From Podarcis filfolensis (Eukaryota): DNA of 64,000 nt. The DNA lies in assembly GCA_964270895.1 (NCBI GenBank), contig OZ185441.1. One strand, written 5' to 3'. Made by a program: the position numbers and the translations under genes. The notes under the pieces are model-generated. The model had not been told where the DNA came from. It saw only the letters and a program-made list of their open reading frames with translations, and made no database searches. Shown here one piece after another: positions 12,846 through 64,000 of this stretch; the stretch's first letter is position 1, and each line of letters opens with the position of its first letter.

Positions 12846-13355
12846 TGTTGTTGTTTAGTCGTTTAGTTGTGTCCGACTCTTCGTGACCCCATGGACCAGA
12901 GCATGCCAGGCACTCCTGTCTTCCACTGCCTCCCGCAGTTTGGTCAAACTCATGCTGGTAGCTTCGAGAACACCATCCAACCATCTCGTCCTCTGTCGTT
13001 CCCTTCTCCTTGTGCCCTCAATCTTTCCCAACGTCAGGGTCTTTTCCAGGGAGCCTTCTCTTCTCTTCTCATGAGGTGGCCAAAGTATTGGAGCCTCAGC
13101 TTCACGATCTGTCCTTCCAGTGAGCACTCAGGGCTGATTTCCTTAAGAATGGATAGGTTTGATCTTCTTGCAGTCCATGGGACTCTTAAGAGTCTCCTCC
13201 AGCACCATAATTCAAAAGCATCAATTCTTCGGCAATCAGCCTTCTTTATTGTCCAGCTCTCACTTCCATACATCACTACTGGGAAAACCATAGCTTTAAC
13301 TATACGGGCCTTTGTTGGCAAGGTGATGTCTCTGCTTTTTAAGATGCTGTCTAGG
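12846..13355 (-). mobile_element. BovB (RTE clade) LINE, 5'-truncated 3' fragment
   Basis: Minus ORFs ...LDSILKSRDITLPTKARIVKAMVFPVVMYGSESWTIKKADCRRIDAFELWCWRRLLRVPWTARRSN... and ...RRRERQRTRWLDGV...; (CAA)n tail; 12-bp TSD cctagagaaagt (12834-45 and 13356-67). Confidence 0.95.
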
Positions 13356-14166
13356 CCTAGAGAAAGTACTAGAATCATAACAGGTTTCACAGAAATCTGT
13401 TGTTGTTGTTTTTAAACTAGGGTTACAGGTTGAAGATGAATTGCTTGTATCATAATTGCATTTACAAGGATCATGGTGACTGAGTGGGGAGGTGAGTGAA
13501 GGCTTATTTTATGCTACTTTAATAGCTCCAGGCTGTGCTGTGCTTTATAAATTTATGAAATATTGACAATAATATCTTCCATCAGGACCAATCATGGTTA
13601 AAAATGCAGACTCAACCTTTTGAGTTCCACAGAACTTTTCATCAGACTAAATGTTAAAGGCAAATGGTGCCTCTAGGACTGGCCAGGGGTTGCTTCCCAG
13701 GCCCCTGTGGGGCAGTGTGAGGAGACAAAGCTTAAAGGCTTGGGCAGCAATTACAGCTGCCCAGAGGACTCCCAAGGAGAGTGGAGAGGAGGCTGAGGGA
13801 ATGCTCCAACAGGGTGGGTGTTTGAAAAAGGGTGAGAGGCTGCCAGCTCTGCAGGCAAGGGGTGACATAACTGGGCTCCTGATCCCCACAGGGGTGCCGC
13901 AGAAAGAATTAAGTTGGTCAAGGGAGCCATCAACCCAAAAAGCTTGAAAAACTTTAAGGGAACAAAAAGCACAATGACTATGAGCCAAGAAAGTAAAAGG
14001 CAAGAAAAACGTAAAATCTATAAAAGTGTTTTGCTCTGGTAAACAAATTTATTCATTTATACTGTATATGCTATCACATAAACAGATTTCTCTGGGCAGC
14101 ATAATAAAAATGTTACAATCCAATCCAGAGTGTACTGTGTTTCATAGTAACTTACCCTTCTTTGTA

Positions 14167-14256
14167 AAAGGTAAAAGTAAAGGACCCCTGACAGTTAAGT
14201 GCCAATCGGAAGGTCGGCGTTAAATCCCTACGACGGGATGAGCTCCCGTTGCTCGG
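14167..14256 (-). mobile_element. Rearranged (inverted plus deleted) Sauria SINE, 90 bp
   Basis: SINE tail and SINE head lie in opposite orientations between a perfect 13-bp TSD acccttctttgta (14154-66 and 14257-69). Confidence 0.85.
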
Positions 14257-14905
14257 ACCCTTCTTTGTAGTTCATTATAAATGTTCAGTGTACATCTGGT
14301 CTTGCTGTACAACCATGCTCCTGTCACATGATGTCTCATCTTCAGCCACCCACCCCACCCCAGTCCACCCCAAAAAAACTCAGTGTCAGAAGCTAAGCCA
14401 CCAGTTGGTGCATGGAACGCACCTGCAAAGCAAAAGAAAATTCCATCATGTATAGAAATCAAAAGTTGAGACCAGCACATTTGAATAGTGGCTAGCTGTA
14501 ATAGGCTTGGAATGGAATGCTAGGAAGGCACCATCAAGCAATAAGGAAAAACAACAAAGGCACCATTAAAAGGAAATTGTTAGCTAGGTAATCAGAATGA
14601 AAATGGAAGCTGGACATGTGTTGCATGAAGGGTGCTGTTACGTACCAGGAAATGTATTGTATGCACACAGCTGGGAAAGCTACCATACACTGATGCAGCT
14701 TTGTATCCAGTTATTCTTTAAAGAGGCAGAAGGGGTATAACAATAGAGTTCCCTAATTAATACTCAGGACACATTGCATCGGGCTTCCTCAGGGAATCAG
14801 TGAAGCCCAAGACCTGAAAGAAAACAATGGGGGTTGCCACCTGCAGTTTTCTCACTTTAAAATAATCCCCCCACTCCTGCTGCCCCAACTTTAGATGGCT
14901 AGTAT

Positions 14906-14919
14906 CTGCCATCTATTGG
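14906..14919 (-). promoter_or_regulatory. CTCF core motif (reverse orientation)
   Basis: Minus strand CCAATAGATGGCAG, one deviation from consensus. Confidence 0.5.
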
Positions 14920-15789
14920 GTGGAATTTGAATTGTACTTGTTTTTTGTTTTCAGTGGTAAGGGAAAAGTAATGAATTTGGTTTGACAGTTTCTAAGGCTG
15001 CCAGCTGGTGCGACACATGCAATCAAAAGCTTGTGGACCTTAGTACAAAAAAGGCATATATGTCATAATAAAAGCTTGCTTTTTGCACCAACAGACTCAT
15101 ACAGCTAGTCCTATGGAAGTTATCACCAGGCTATTATTAGTAAGGATATCTGCAAGGATGACATCTTTCAATGCAATTCCAGTGGATGAAATAGTAAAAT
15201 CTCCAAAGCTTTTTTAAAAACAAAACAAAAACAAGTTAATGAACACATTATTATTTGTAAAGCATGCCTGTAATACCAGGTTTCTTGAGGTTATATATTT
15301 TTGTCTTAATAAAAACTTTGCTGGCATCAAGTACTTTGCCCATACAGTATCATTTTCCCGATACATACAGGCTGTAATCCTGGACAGAGTTTTGTGTACC
15401 AAGAACCCATAAATTTTATGGAACTAGCATCTGTCTCTATTAAGCACATAAGAGTGGTGTGTAATAGTCTTGTTTTATAGCCATCATCTTTAAATGACTT
15501 TTACTACTATCAAGACATTTGGACATTTTTACTACTATCAAAAAACAGTTGGACGCTTTGGATGAAAGATCTTGGTCGCGTTCGGTGTGATGAGATGATA
15601 CCGGTTAAAAGGGGCAGCAGTGTTATGGGGATCCTGGCATCTATAGCCTTCATGGACAGCAGCAGAAAATCTATACGTGTGTACTTAACAATCCTAAACA
15701 CTTTCCAATTCAGACAAGCTCCACATTTACCTTTTTGGAAAGTTTTCAAGGAAAAGCGGAAACAGAAAACGCCTTTAGAAAACGCAGTA

Positions 15790-55521
<39,732 letters not shown>

Positions 55522-55942
55522 AATATAAAGTGTCTTACAGTAGCTTGTCATATTATTACTACATTTTGCTCATTGAATCTTCATAAGCTTTAGTGGCAGC
55601 TAAAGTTTGTCCTGAAAACATTTCTAATGCTATGGAGTTGTTGCATTGTAAGTGCTTAGACTGACAATACAAATCAGTATTTGAGTGGTCAACCTCTCCT
55701 ATCAAGAAAGCTAAACCAAGTTTAGGTTAATTAACAATGCAGTCTTTTTTATATCTTTTGCCTTTCTTTGTCTCCCCAACCCCTTTATGTTAAAGGGACA
55801 ATTTCCTGTTGGTATTTTTATTTTATATGTATGAACTCTAATTTCACTGTTGATTTTTATACTGTCAGCTGCTTTCATGTATAAATATTTTTAATTCTCT
55901 AAATTGTATTTGTTTTAAATACGTTTTCATAGTAGTGTCAGT

Positions 55943-56010
55943 AATAAATTGCAAAAGCAAGCTAAGCCTCGGAGCTAGGTACAGGAATTTTTAAAAATCA
56001 GCACAATAAA
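55943..56010 (+). terminator. Proximal polyadenylation signals of MIB1
   Basis: AATAAA at 55943-48 and 56005-10, about 420-490 nt after the stop; usage not demonstrated. Confidence 0.5.
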
Positions 56011-58161
56011 TGAATAGTGTTTCAGTATTACAAAATGCCTCTAAAATCTGAAAGCCTATAATTTTGTATGGTTTTCTTATTGTCCCACATTAGTTTAAAG
56101 GAGAATGAGGATTATTACAAAAGTTGCTGATTTTAAAGGGCTGCTTGTAGCCTCCATATACATAGCAGGGGTGCCTTCTAGAATTGGCCTCCTGAAAAGC
56201 CGCCTCCACAAATGGGGAAAACTCCCAATGTGATGGTGCTGAAGATAGTACAGGCTGTTGCTAGTAATAAAAGGAAAATGCACTGCATAATATAGCAAAC
56301 TCTTCTTTCTGCCTGAGAGGCTTTCAGGATCTCGGCCATAATCCCTTTAACTGAGAGAACAGTTTTTAGAATGGTGACAGACATTATTATTTGTATACTT
56401 GCAAAGGAAAACCGTTCTATCTGTAGGCTAGAATTTAACATTTTAAGTCTAGTCATTGGACTTAAATGCCACCTTGCAAAAAGGGAATATACAGCAGAGA
56501 GTTTTAAGATAAATAGGAACAATAGCTTCTGTAATATGAATATTACTCATTTTGGTGCAGACTTCGCAGTATGCATGAACTTTTCTTTTGTGAAACTTCA
56601 TTGGGACCATTCAGTTAATAACCAAGACAGTGCTTGATATGTGTGTGAGATTTCTATAAATTGGGGGGGGGGGTCTGTTTAGGGAGGATAAGGCAATGAT
56701 GGATTAATATAAATGCTATCCAAGGATATGGAAAGGCATCTTGCTCTGAATGTTCTGCAGTAGGCTATAGATAGTCTCCCAAAGATTAAATCACATATTT
56801 TAGATGGTGCATGATTGCAGAGAATAAGTTAATTTTTGGATTTATAATTAACAGATACACCATTTATTTGTGTTTAACTCCAATTCAGACAAATTCTTAT
56901 AAGCATGTAGTGAAACATTAGATTAGAAAGAAAATTGCCTTTAACAATTTGATTCCTGTTAAATTTACTCAAAAGGGAATTACTTGCAGGAATATACTAT
57001 ATTTGGTAAATATAATATGTGTCATATAATTTGGGTTGAGATTTTTATTTTATTTTATGCAGAAGTTTGCAAATTGCCTGGAACAAAATTAATCATGTCT
57101 TAGGAATGGTTTGTGATGAAAGAAGGTACAGAAACATTGCATACATAAAAATATCCATGGTATATAGGATTGTGCTGCAATTCCTAAGCATAGCCATCAG
57201 GAAGTTCCATAAAAGCAAACGGGTCTTGGATCCCTTACATTTATCTTTCAAAAAAAAAGATGCATATGATTGTGTATTAGAACAAAGTATAAATTTGTTA
57301 AATAAGTGTGAGCTGCTTGACTTCTTAGACAAGCGTGCTTACATTTATAAAATACTTGTTTCTGTTCTGATTTAGAAATTGCTGGCTATTTAATTGTATA
57401 GTTGCTGCAGTATTTCAAAAGTGAAATAGCTAGTTACAAGAACAATTTGGATAACTATTTCCACAAACGGTCTTCTGAAACTGTGCATGCATATGCACGG
57501 AAAAAAGATCTTAGAGAGTTTATTAATAGTAACATAATTAATAAAATAATGTGGCACTTGAGCTAGATTTTTTTTCAGGAGTTTGCCGTCAAAGAACTTT
57601 TCATTGATTTTGAACACCCAGTTTATATAAGGAACTAAAACAAACGAGGCATTTTATGCCGAAAAGTAAAGGAAGAATGTTGTATGTCATAGGTAGGGCA
57701 AATGTCAATGCTTTGGTGACAAAGGAGTTTCTGGTATACAATGGTGTAATTCTGTGTTCTATTATTTTAGCACAGCTGGAAAAGTTGAATGATAAAGTTA
57801 TTAAATCATTTTGTATCCTCTGTCCCTTTTCTCCGTTCTACAAAACACGTTCATAGCATGACTAGTCTTATAAGCAGGTCAATTAAGTTATTCATTGTCT
57901 AAGAGAATGGACGCGAGGTGCTGCACTGACCTCAAATCTAGTAGAAGGAAGTAGGGCACTTGTATTAGCAAATCTTACTTTTTGTTGCTTTGATGCTATT
58001 TTATGTCATTCTGTTCACAATGTAGAGAACAAAATTATTTTAACGTCCCTTAGCCAACAGAAAACTACATTTGTTTAAACCTTTCTTAATTTATTTAATA
58101 AGTAGTTTGTTAAACCTTTATAGTATAGAAGACAGATGTTGAGACTTGAATTTATACTTTT

Positions 58162-58167
58162 ATTAAA
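58162..58167 (+). terminator. Candidate distal polyadenylation signal of MIB1
   Basis: ATTAAA followed by GU-rich sequence at the end of the repeat-free AT-rich block. Confidence 0.35.
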
Positions 58168-58455
58168 CTGTAAATATAAACCTGAAGTGTATGACTGTGT
58201 CAAACTATATTCTAATCTGCACTATATTAGAAACAGTACTTGCAGTCCTGATCAGAGAACTACGCATAGGGCCCAACACCTATGGTAACCGGGTTCCTAC
58301 GGATAGCGTTCCAGTAATTAGCTGCCTAAACTAGCCGTGTGCTCCCTTCTGGCTGTGCAGCCAGTGCCCTAACTCCAATGTTCTGCACTGTGCCTGTGCT
58401 ATATAGCAGCTGGGGGTGAGTAGGGTTGCCAAGGGCCACCGGAAGTAGGTCACTA

Positions 58456-58681
58456 CAGTGGTACCTCGGGTTAAGTACTTAATTCGTTCTGGAGGTCCGT
58501 TCTTAACCTGAAACTGTTCTTAACCTGAAGCACCACTTTAGCTAATGGGGCCTCCTGCTGCCACCGCGCCGCCACTGCATGATTTCTGTTCTCATCCTGA
58601 AGCAAAGTTCTTAACCCGAGGTACTATTTCTGGGTTAGCGGATTCTGTAACCTGAAGCGTATGTAACCCAAGGTACTACTG
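58456..58681 (-). mobile_element. Tc1/mariner MITE, family A (reverse orientation)
   Basis: Reverse complement of 11473-11698; TA flanks. Confidence 0.9.
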
Positions 58682-58737
58682 TACTTCACAGCCAATAGGT
58701 GAAAAGAGCAGCTGTGCAATACAGCAGCAGGAAACTA

Positions 58738-58959
58738 CCGTATTTTTTGCCCTATAAGATGCACCTAGTTTTTAGAGGTGGAAAACAAGAAACAAGAATG
58801 CAACGCAAAGCCTCTTGAGCGAATCGCTGCGCACCGATCCCTCTTGCTCTTCTGGCTTCAGCGATAGCTGCGCAGCCTGCATTCGCTCCATAAGAGGACA
58901 CACATTTCCCCTTACTTTTTAGGAGGGAAAAAGTGTGTCTTACAGAGCGAAAAATACGG
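58738..58959. mobile_element. Tc1/mariner MITE, family D
   Basis: TIRs ccgtattttttgccctataaga / tcttacagagcgaaaaatacgg; TA flanks. Confidence 0.85.
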
Positions 58960-60385
58960 TACATTTCTCACATGGGCCCTAAAACTACCAAGTCAGCTGT
59001 AGTCATCCCGTTGCTTGAAGATAGGAAAATGTCATCACTGCCAACAGAATCTTTGACACATTCCTTCCTTGGAGTCAGTTTGGCTTCTAACCAGATGTAG
59101 AAGAATACCTAATACTCAAGGAATTACAATGCAACATCCATAAAAGCACAATAACACAAATACATATGTGCACTGGCTGCACTCTAGACATTTGGGTCTT
59201 CAATTATTGCATGTATGTTGGTCAGCAGTGGGATGGGGGTGGAGTCCTGGTTTTGTCCTAGTGCTCCCTCAGAAACACCCTTCAAGTGAGGAGAGTGGTC
59301 CCTTCTTGAGTGGGCACTAGGACAACAGCAGTGTTCTTAAGCTGCTCCTATTGACTTAAGTGAGTACCAGCTAAATTAAGTACGTATTTGAAATAACCTG
59401 CTGGAGGAGACACCTCTGAAGCACAACCTCTGAAAAAGAGTACAAATCTATTTTGCAATATTTTGTGAATATACCGTACTTGGGTTCAGCCAAGTAGCTA
59501 CCTGACACACATGTTGCAATGGTGCATTTGTTGAAAATGCCTGCACTTGTGGCCACTTGAGTAGACTGAGTTGTGTCATTAGGAGGCACCAAATTCAGAG
59601 AACTGTAAACTCAACAAATGCAAGCACTAAGCAACCTAGCAAGAAAAGACCCAGACATTATTCTGCCCAACAAAAGTGAACAAAATGACCCAAGGATTCT
59701 GTTTTGCAGAAGGATTTAGTATGATATATATAAACAATGTCCTATGAACATCTAGAGATGCATTCTAAGATGGGTTAATTGGAGATGGTCACAAAGTGGA
59801 TAACATCAATTATTTCAGCTTGTGGAAAACTGAATTTATCTCTTGCAGAGTTCAGCAGAATGTGCTGGTTTCTCATGCCTCTGATCTTAAACTTTCTGTA
59901 GCATGGATTCCAAGTGTCTAGATGTGGGGATTCCAGAATCCAGAGGTTGGCAATCACACTTCAGTGGTCAAATTGTGAAACTACTAAGAATGAAAGGGTA
60001 GGGGAAAGCAGGCAAGAGGTCAAAACAGATTACAAAATAAACTCTAATGTGGCTCTAAAACTGGACTAATTCCAGCTTACCAACTAACAGCATAGTATTT
60101 CTAGACTATAAAACAGTATAGTATAGTATTTCTAGACTCAGTGTTACTATTGAGTACTGAGGGTGGTCAGCTTCTGGTGGTATGGAAGATGCAGTAGTGG
60201 GGCATATTGAATTTTTCAACTTTCAAATTCCAAAAATGAGTGCTCAAAAGTTGTAACATGTTTTGGGAATTCAAAAGATATTTTGGTTAGATTGAAATAA
60301 TTCAGTTTTTTAAATGGGTGTGATGACAACTTTTGTTGGCTTCAATATTTCTAGGTCGGTACACGTCCTCTTCCGAATTGCAAAG

Positions 60386-60891
60386 TGTCAGGGACTGGCA
60401 GGGCTCCAAAGAACGTGTGACTGAGGCAGGGGACCAGGGGAGTGACCCAGAAGAGGTGACCACTGATTTATGGGGTCTGGCTGCCCACAAGGCAGGAGCC
60501 AGGAGAGACGGGCAGGCTGAGACAGGAAGGCATGTCAGATGTGGAGGAAGAAGAGGAGGCTGTTCAACTGACCTTCCCCTGCCCCTCTTGTCTCCTCGAA
60601 CCAGGAGGATCTTGAGGTGGGAAGAAAAGTGGCGCCTTACATGCAGGAAAAGTCTCAGGTTGTGGGCATGCAACCCGACTGGGGAGGGTTTATAAGCCAG
60701 CAGCAGAGTAGGGTCTCCCTGTTGCTGCAACTGCTCCATAGGGCCCAGATCTGTGGACAGATGCCTGGAGACTAGAAGTGTGTGTGTGTCCAGAGCACCG
60801 TGGTAGCTGCTTGTAAGTGTTTCTCTTGCAAATAAAGAGTTCAGTATTAGACGTGTGCCTTTTTTTATATATCTAGGACAGCCCTATGACA
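60386..60891 (+). mobile_element. Solo LTR (506 bp)
   Basis: TGTCA...TGACA ends, internal TTTATAAG and AATAAA, near-perfect 5-bp TSD caaag/gaaag. Confidence 0.8.
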
Positions 60892-61180
60892 GAAAGGAAG
60901 GCTTGAAAATGAAAGCAGAGCTAGGTGTTCTGTCACAGCAAGAAAGCGTTTTCTGACTGATGCTTTATCTGAGCATTTCTAAAAAGTGCACATTTTTAAA
61001 ACAATAAAATTTGAATAAAGATGAATCTCAAATAAAGGTTATGCACCCCATCTCCGAAGTCTAAAAGCACTTAAGGATTAGGTGACATTTTAAACAAGGA
61101 AAGAAATAACAGTACAGTAGTTGAAATGAAACCTGGATCACTTTGATAGCCCTCTCTCTCTCTGTGGGGAGAGAGAGAGT

Positions 61181-61194
61181 CCACTAGGGGGCAG
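61181..61194 (+). promoter_or_regulatory. CTCF core motif (forward orientation)
   Basis: CCACTAGGGGGCAG, a perfect consensus match. Confidence 0.7.
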
Positions 61195-64000
61195 TAATGT
61201 ACTTTACTGCTAAGAAGATCATATCATAATGCAAAGTTATTAGTTAAATCTTATCTGTGCATAAATGAGAGTGAGCTAGAAGACTTCCGTTCTTTCTCTC
61301 CAAGTCTGCTTTAAGCTGGATGATTACTAACACTAATTGATCTTGCAACATAAACTGAGAGCAGAGCTGCAATGGACTTTCCATACAATTTGAAATACTG
61401 CACCAAGGATCTTAAAAAAAGAAGATAATTTTGCAATAAGTATTTATTCATTTAAGCACGATGTCCATAATTACCCATGGAATGTGAGAAGAAGAAGAGG
61501 AACAAACACGAGTCCTTAATGTTTTGGATCAAAAGTGCAAGACTGAAAGTATTTACCGTAATGGGGGGGGGGGGGACACAATTAGCTAAAATGGTGGTGG
61601 GAATGGTGGAGCTAGGATATTCATAGCACTATGAAGGAAGACTACAGAGCCTGCCAAAATCTACAGTATTAACATTTTTGTAGCCTGGCAATCACAGGAA
61701 TGATAACCCACAATACAAAGGTTTCCAAAAGTTTAGAAGAGCCAGAACATTTCTATACTGTGGTTGGACTTCTATTATTTTTACCAACGGGTTATTTACT
61801 AGCGGCGCAATTGACTTCCAACAAGCACACACAGTGTGAACAAGACTGAGGGCGGGGGCTCGTTTAATTTCACTGCACACAGGTGGTGTAGTGACAATAA
61901 AGGCTTATTATTATTTCTTATTCAGTACCAGAACTCTTTGGTGCTGCAAGCACAGAAAATGCAGAGCTCTTAATGGTTTCATTAACTGGTGTCTCCTCAT
62001 ATCTTCAGATTTTGTTGACCAATTACAATAATTAATTCGTGGCTCCCTTAGTTATTTCTGATATTTTTGTATTATTACGTTTGTTGTTTTGTTTCTGTTT
62101 CTGTTTTATGTATGATGGAAGAAAATTAATTTATAATAATAAAATGGTGGTGACCATTTGGATTGTTTTAATTTACCATATAGGACCATAGAAATATAAT
62201 ACTCTTTCATTTAAGCAGTTTTTCACTAATATTTTAAAAGGGTTATCACTCCAAAAACTTTTAAGCGCTAAATGGAGATAAAATGTATATGTAACTGAGC
62301 TATAAAATGGTGTCCCATGTAAAGCTTATGTAATGAAAGTGTGCTGAATTGCAATATCTTCACATGTCCAATACATCACTGTCCACATCAAAACCAAGCC
62401 TCCACTGCAAAAGGAAATTGCTTATGTGTTACCCTTCCATTCAGATGCTGTTCCTGTCTATTCCAATATTCTCCATTTGAAAAAGATTTGGAATTTATTA
62501 TGGTATCTGTTGACTGGGGCTTTGCCTTCTTAGTACCATTGGGTGTCACTGTTGCCACTGGTTTTGGGAAACTGGGAACATTTAAATATTCCCAGGGCAC
62601 AGATGACAAGAATGAGATTATAAAAAAGAAAGAAAAAGACAACAATTTACTGGAGTTGGAATTAGTACGACTAGTTGCATTTTTAAAAGAAAATTAAAAG
62701 TGTCAAGGCTCTTCATTCCACAAAATTTTTCTGTCACTTCCTTCCATTCACGGGACTTGAAATAGTCTGCCATGCATATTAGGTTATTTTCATAGGCTGT
62801 GTGTTAGCATTGATGATGATAATGATGGTGATTAAAACGAGAGGCCTTTCTCCTTCAGAAAGCCCTGTGAAATTGTCTCTATTTGCAGATCTAAGTGCTG
62901 AAGGTCATTCTGGCTCAAAGGACCCAGCCCTCTCAGGCTATTCACCTTTTACCAAAGCCAGACTTCTTCGGAAGAAAATAGCCTTTAAAGCTGGTGCCAC
63001 AAAAATGTATATACACACTTGACAACCCCCACCTTTTAGCCACCCATAATCGCACACACAGAACAGCCACAGAAGCTTTGAACTGTTTATATGATATACA
63101 TCGCACAACGGGGCCTGCACTTTCCAGAGCGGCCTCTTTTACACAGGTCATTGCTAAGGCTCAAGTTGGCTCTGTGTGTGTTATTGTGAAGATGACATTT
63201 TAAACAGACCTTATCACTGTGTGTTCAATCAAGGTTTATGAGGACCGATAAAGTTGCTTTTGTATGTTTATTAAAACACTCTTCCATGGTAGGGAAAATA
63301 ATATCATTAATACACGCTACTTTCTACCCATCTCTTGCTGTTCAGGAGGAAATAAAAATGAGATGTTTTGTTTATCTAATTAACTGCTTCAGCTCAATTG
63401 ACAAGCATAATTATCTTTAATATCACAGCCTATCATAACTGCTTACTTAACAATGCAGTGACAGGTTTCATATGGCAGTAAAATTATGTTTGTTTTCTCC
63501 AAACGACGAAGGGTAGTAACACTGATATTAGTTGGAAGGGTTTCACAAATGTTTTTCTGTGCTGGTTCTGTGTGCTGTAATTCACCCAACTGATTGGAAG
63601 TTCCCTCCTTCCAGTAAAAAAAACTCCCGAACAACCAAGTATCTTTTCAATCTATTATTTTAATAGTTTACTTATGCAAAGCCAGACCATTGGTCTAACT
63701 CTATCAGATTCTATCTGGTATTTTCCACACTGACTCGCAGCTTCAGATAAGAAGGTTTTCCCTGCTTCATGTGGAGGTTCCTGTGCTATTGCTTCCATCC
63801 AATCGTCGGGGAGGGCTGTCGCTCACTGGCAGGGCACATGTGTTGTATGCAAAATGTCCTGGATTCAATCCTTGGCTTCTTCAGGTAGGGCTGGGGGCAA
63901 ATTCTGTATTGAGAGTCACTGCCAGATGGAGGCCAATAGCCCACTTTTTGCATATGACAGCTTTCTGCATTCCATATTACTCTTGTCTTGCATTGCATTG

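Noticed and set aside
12867-13415. 182-aa plus-strand ORF
   Set aside because: Antisense shadow frame of the BovB fragment
15498-15554. Two-copy ~28-bp tandem duplication (ttttactactatcaa...ggac)
   Set aside because: Ordinary slippage duplication with no recognisable motif
59058-59064. miR-1 seed match ACATTCC
   Set aside because: Lies beyond the candidate distal poly(A) signal and two MITEs, so it is probably outside the MIB1 mRNA

Overview
Vertebrate genomic DNA from a squamate reptile. It contains Sauria SINEs, BovB, Penelope and Tc1/mariner MITEs; a lacertid lizard is my inference. Two genes lie head to head, each with its own CpG island. ABHD3 (minus strand) has coding exons 1-5 at 10621-1127 and its remaining exons lie left of the window. 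MIB1 (plus strand) is complete: 21 coding exons at 16279-55521, all GT-AG, summing to 3021 nt (1006 aa). MIB1 intron 12 carries the muscle miR-1-2/miR-133a-1 cluster on the opposite strand, with a recognisable TATA/CArG/MEF2-like promoter. Less obvious observations: (1) a TSD-flanked Penelope hairpin in MIB1 intron 8 with a minimal hammerhead ribozyme motif on each strand; (2) a 90-bp twin-primed (inverted) Sauria SINE with a perfect 13-bp TSD; (3) a duplicated MITE end plus flank bracketing exon 12; (4) a candidate small ORF in the pri-miRNA host transcript; (5) a miR-133 seed site in the MIB1 3'UTR; (6) divergent CTCF motifs suggesting a domain boundary. No prokaryotic features, CRISPR arrays, tRNA or rRNA genes were seen. 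Everything was read by eye; no alignments or searches were run.
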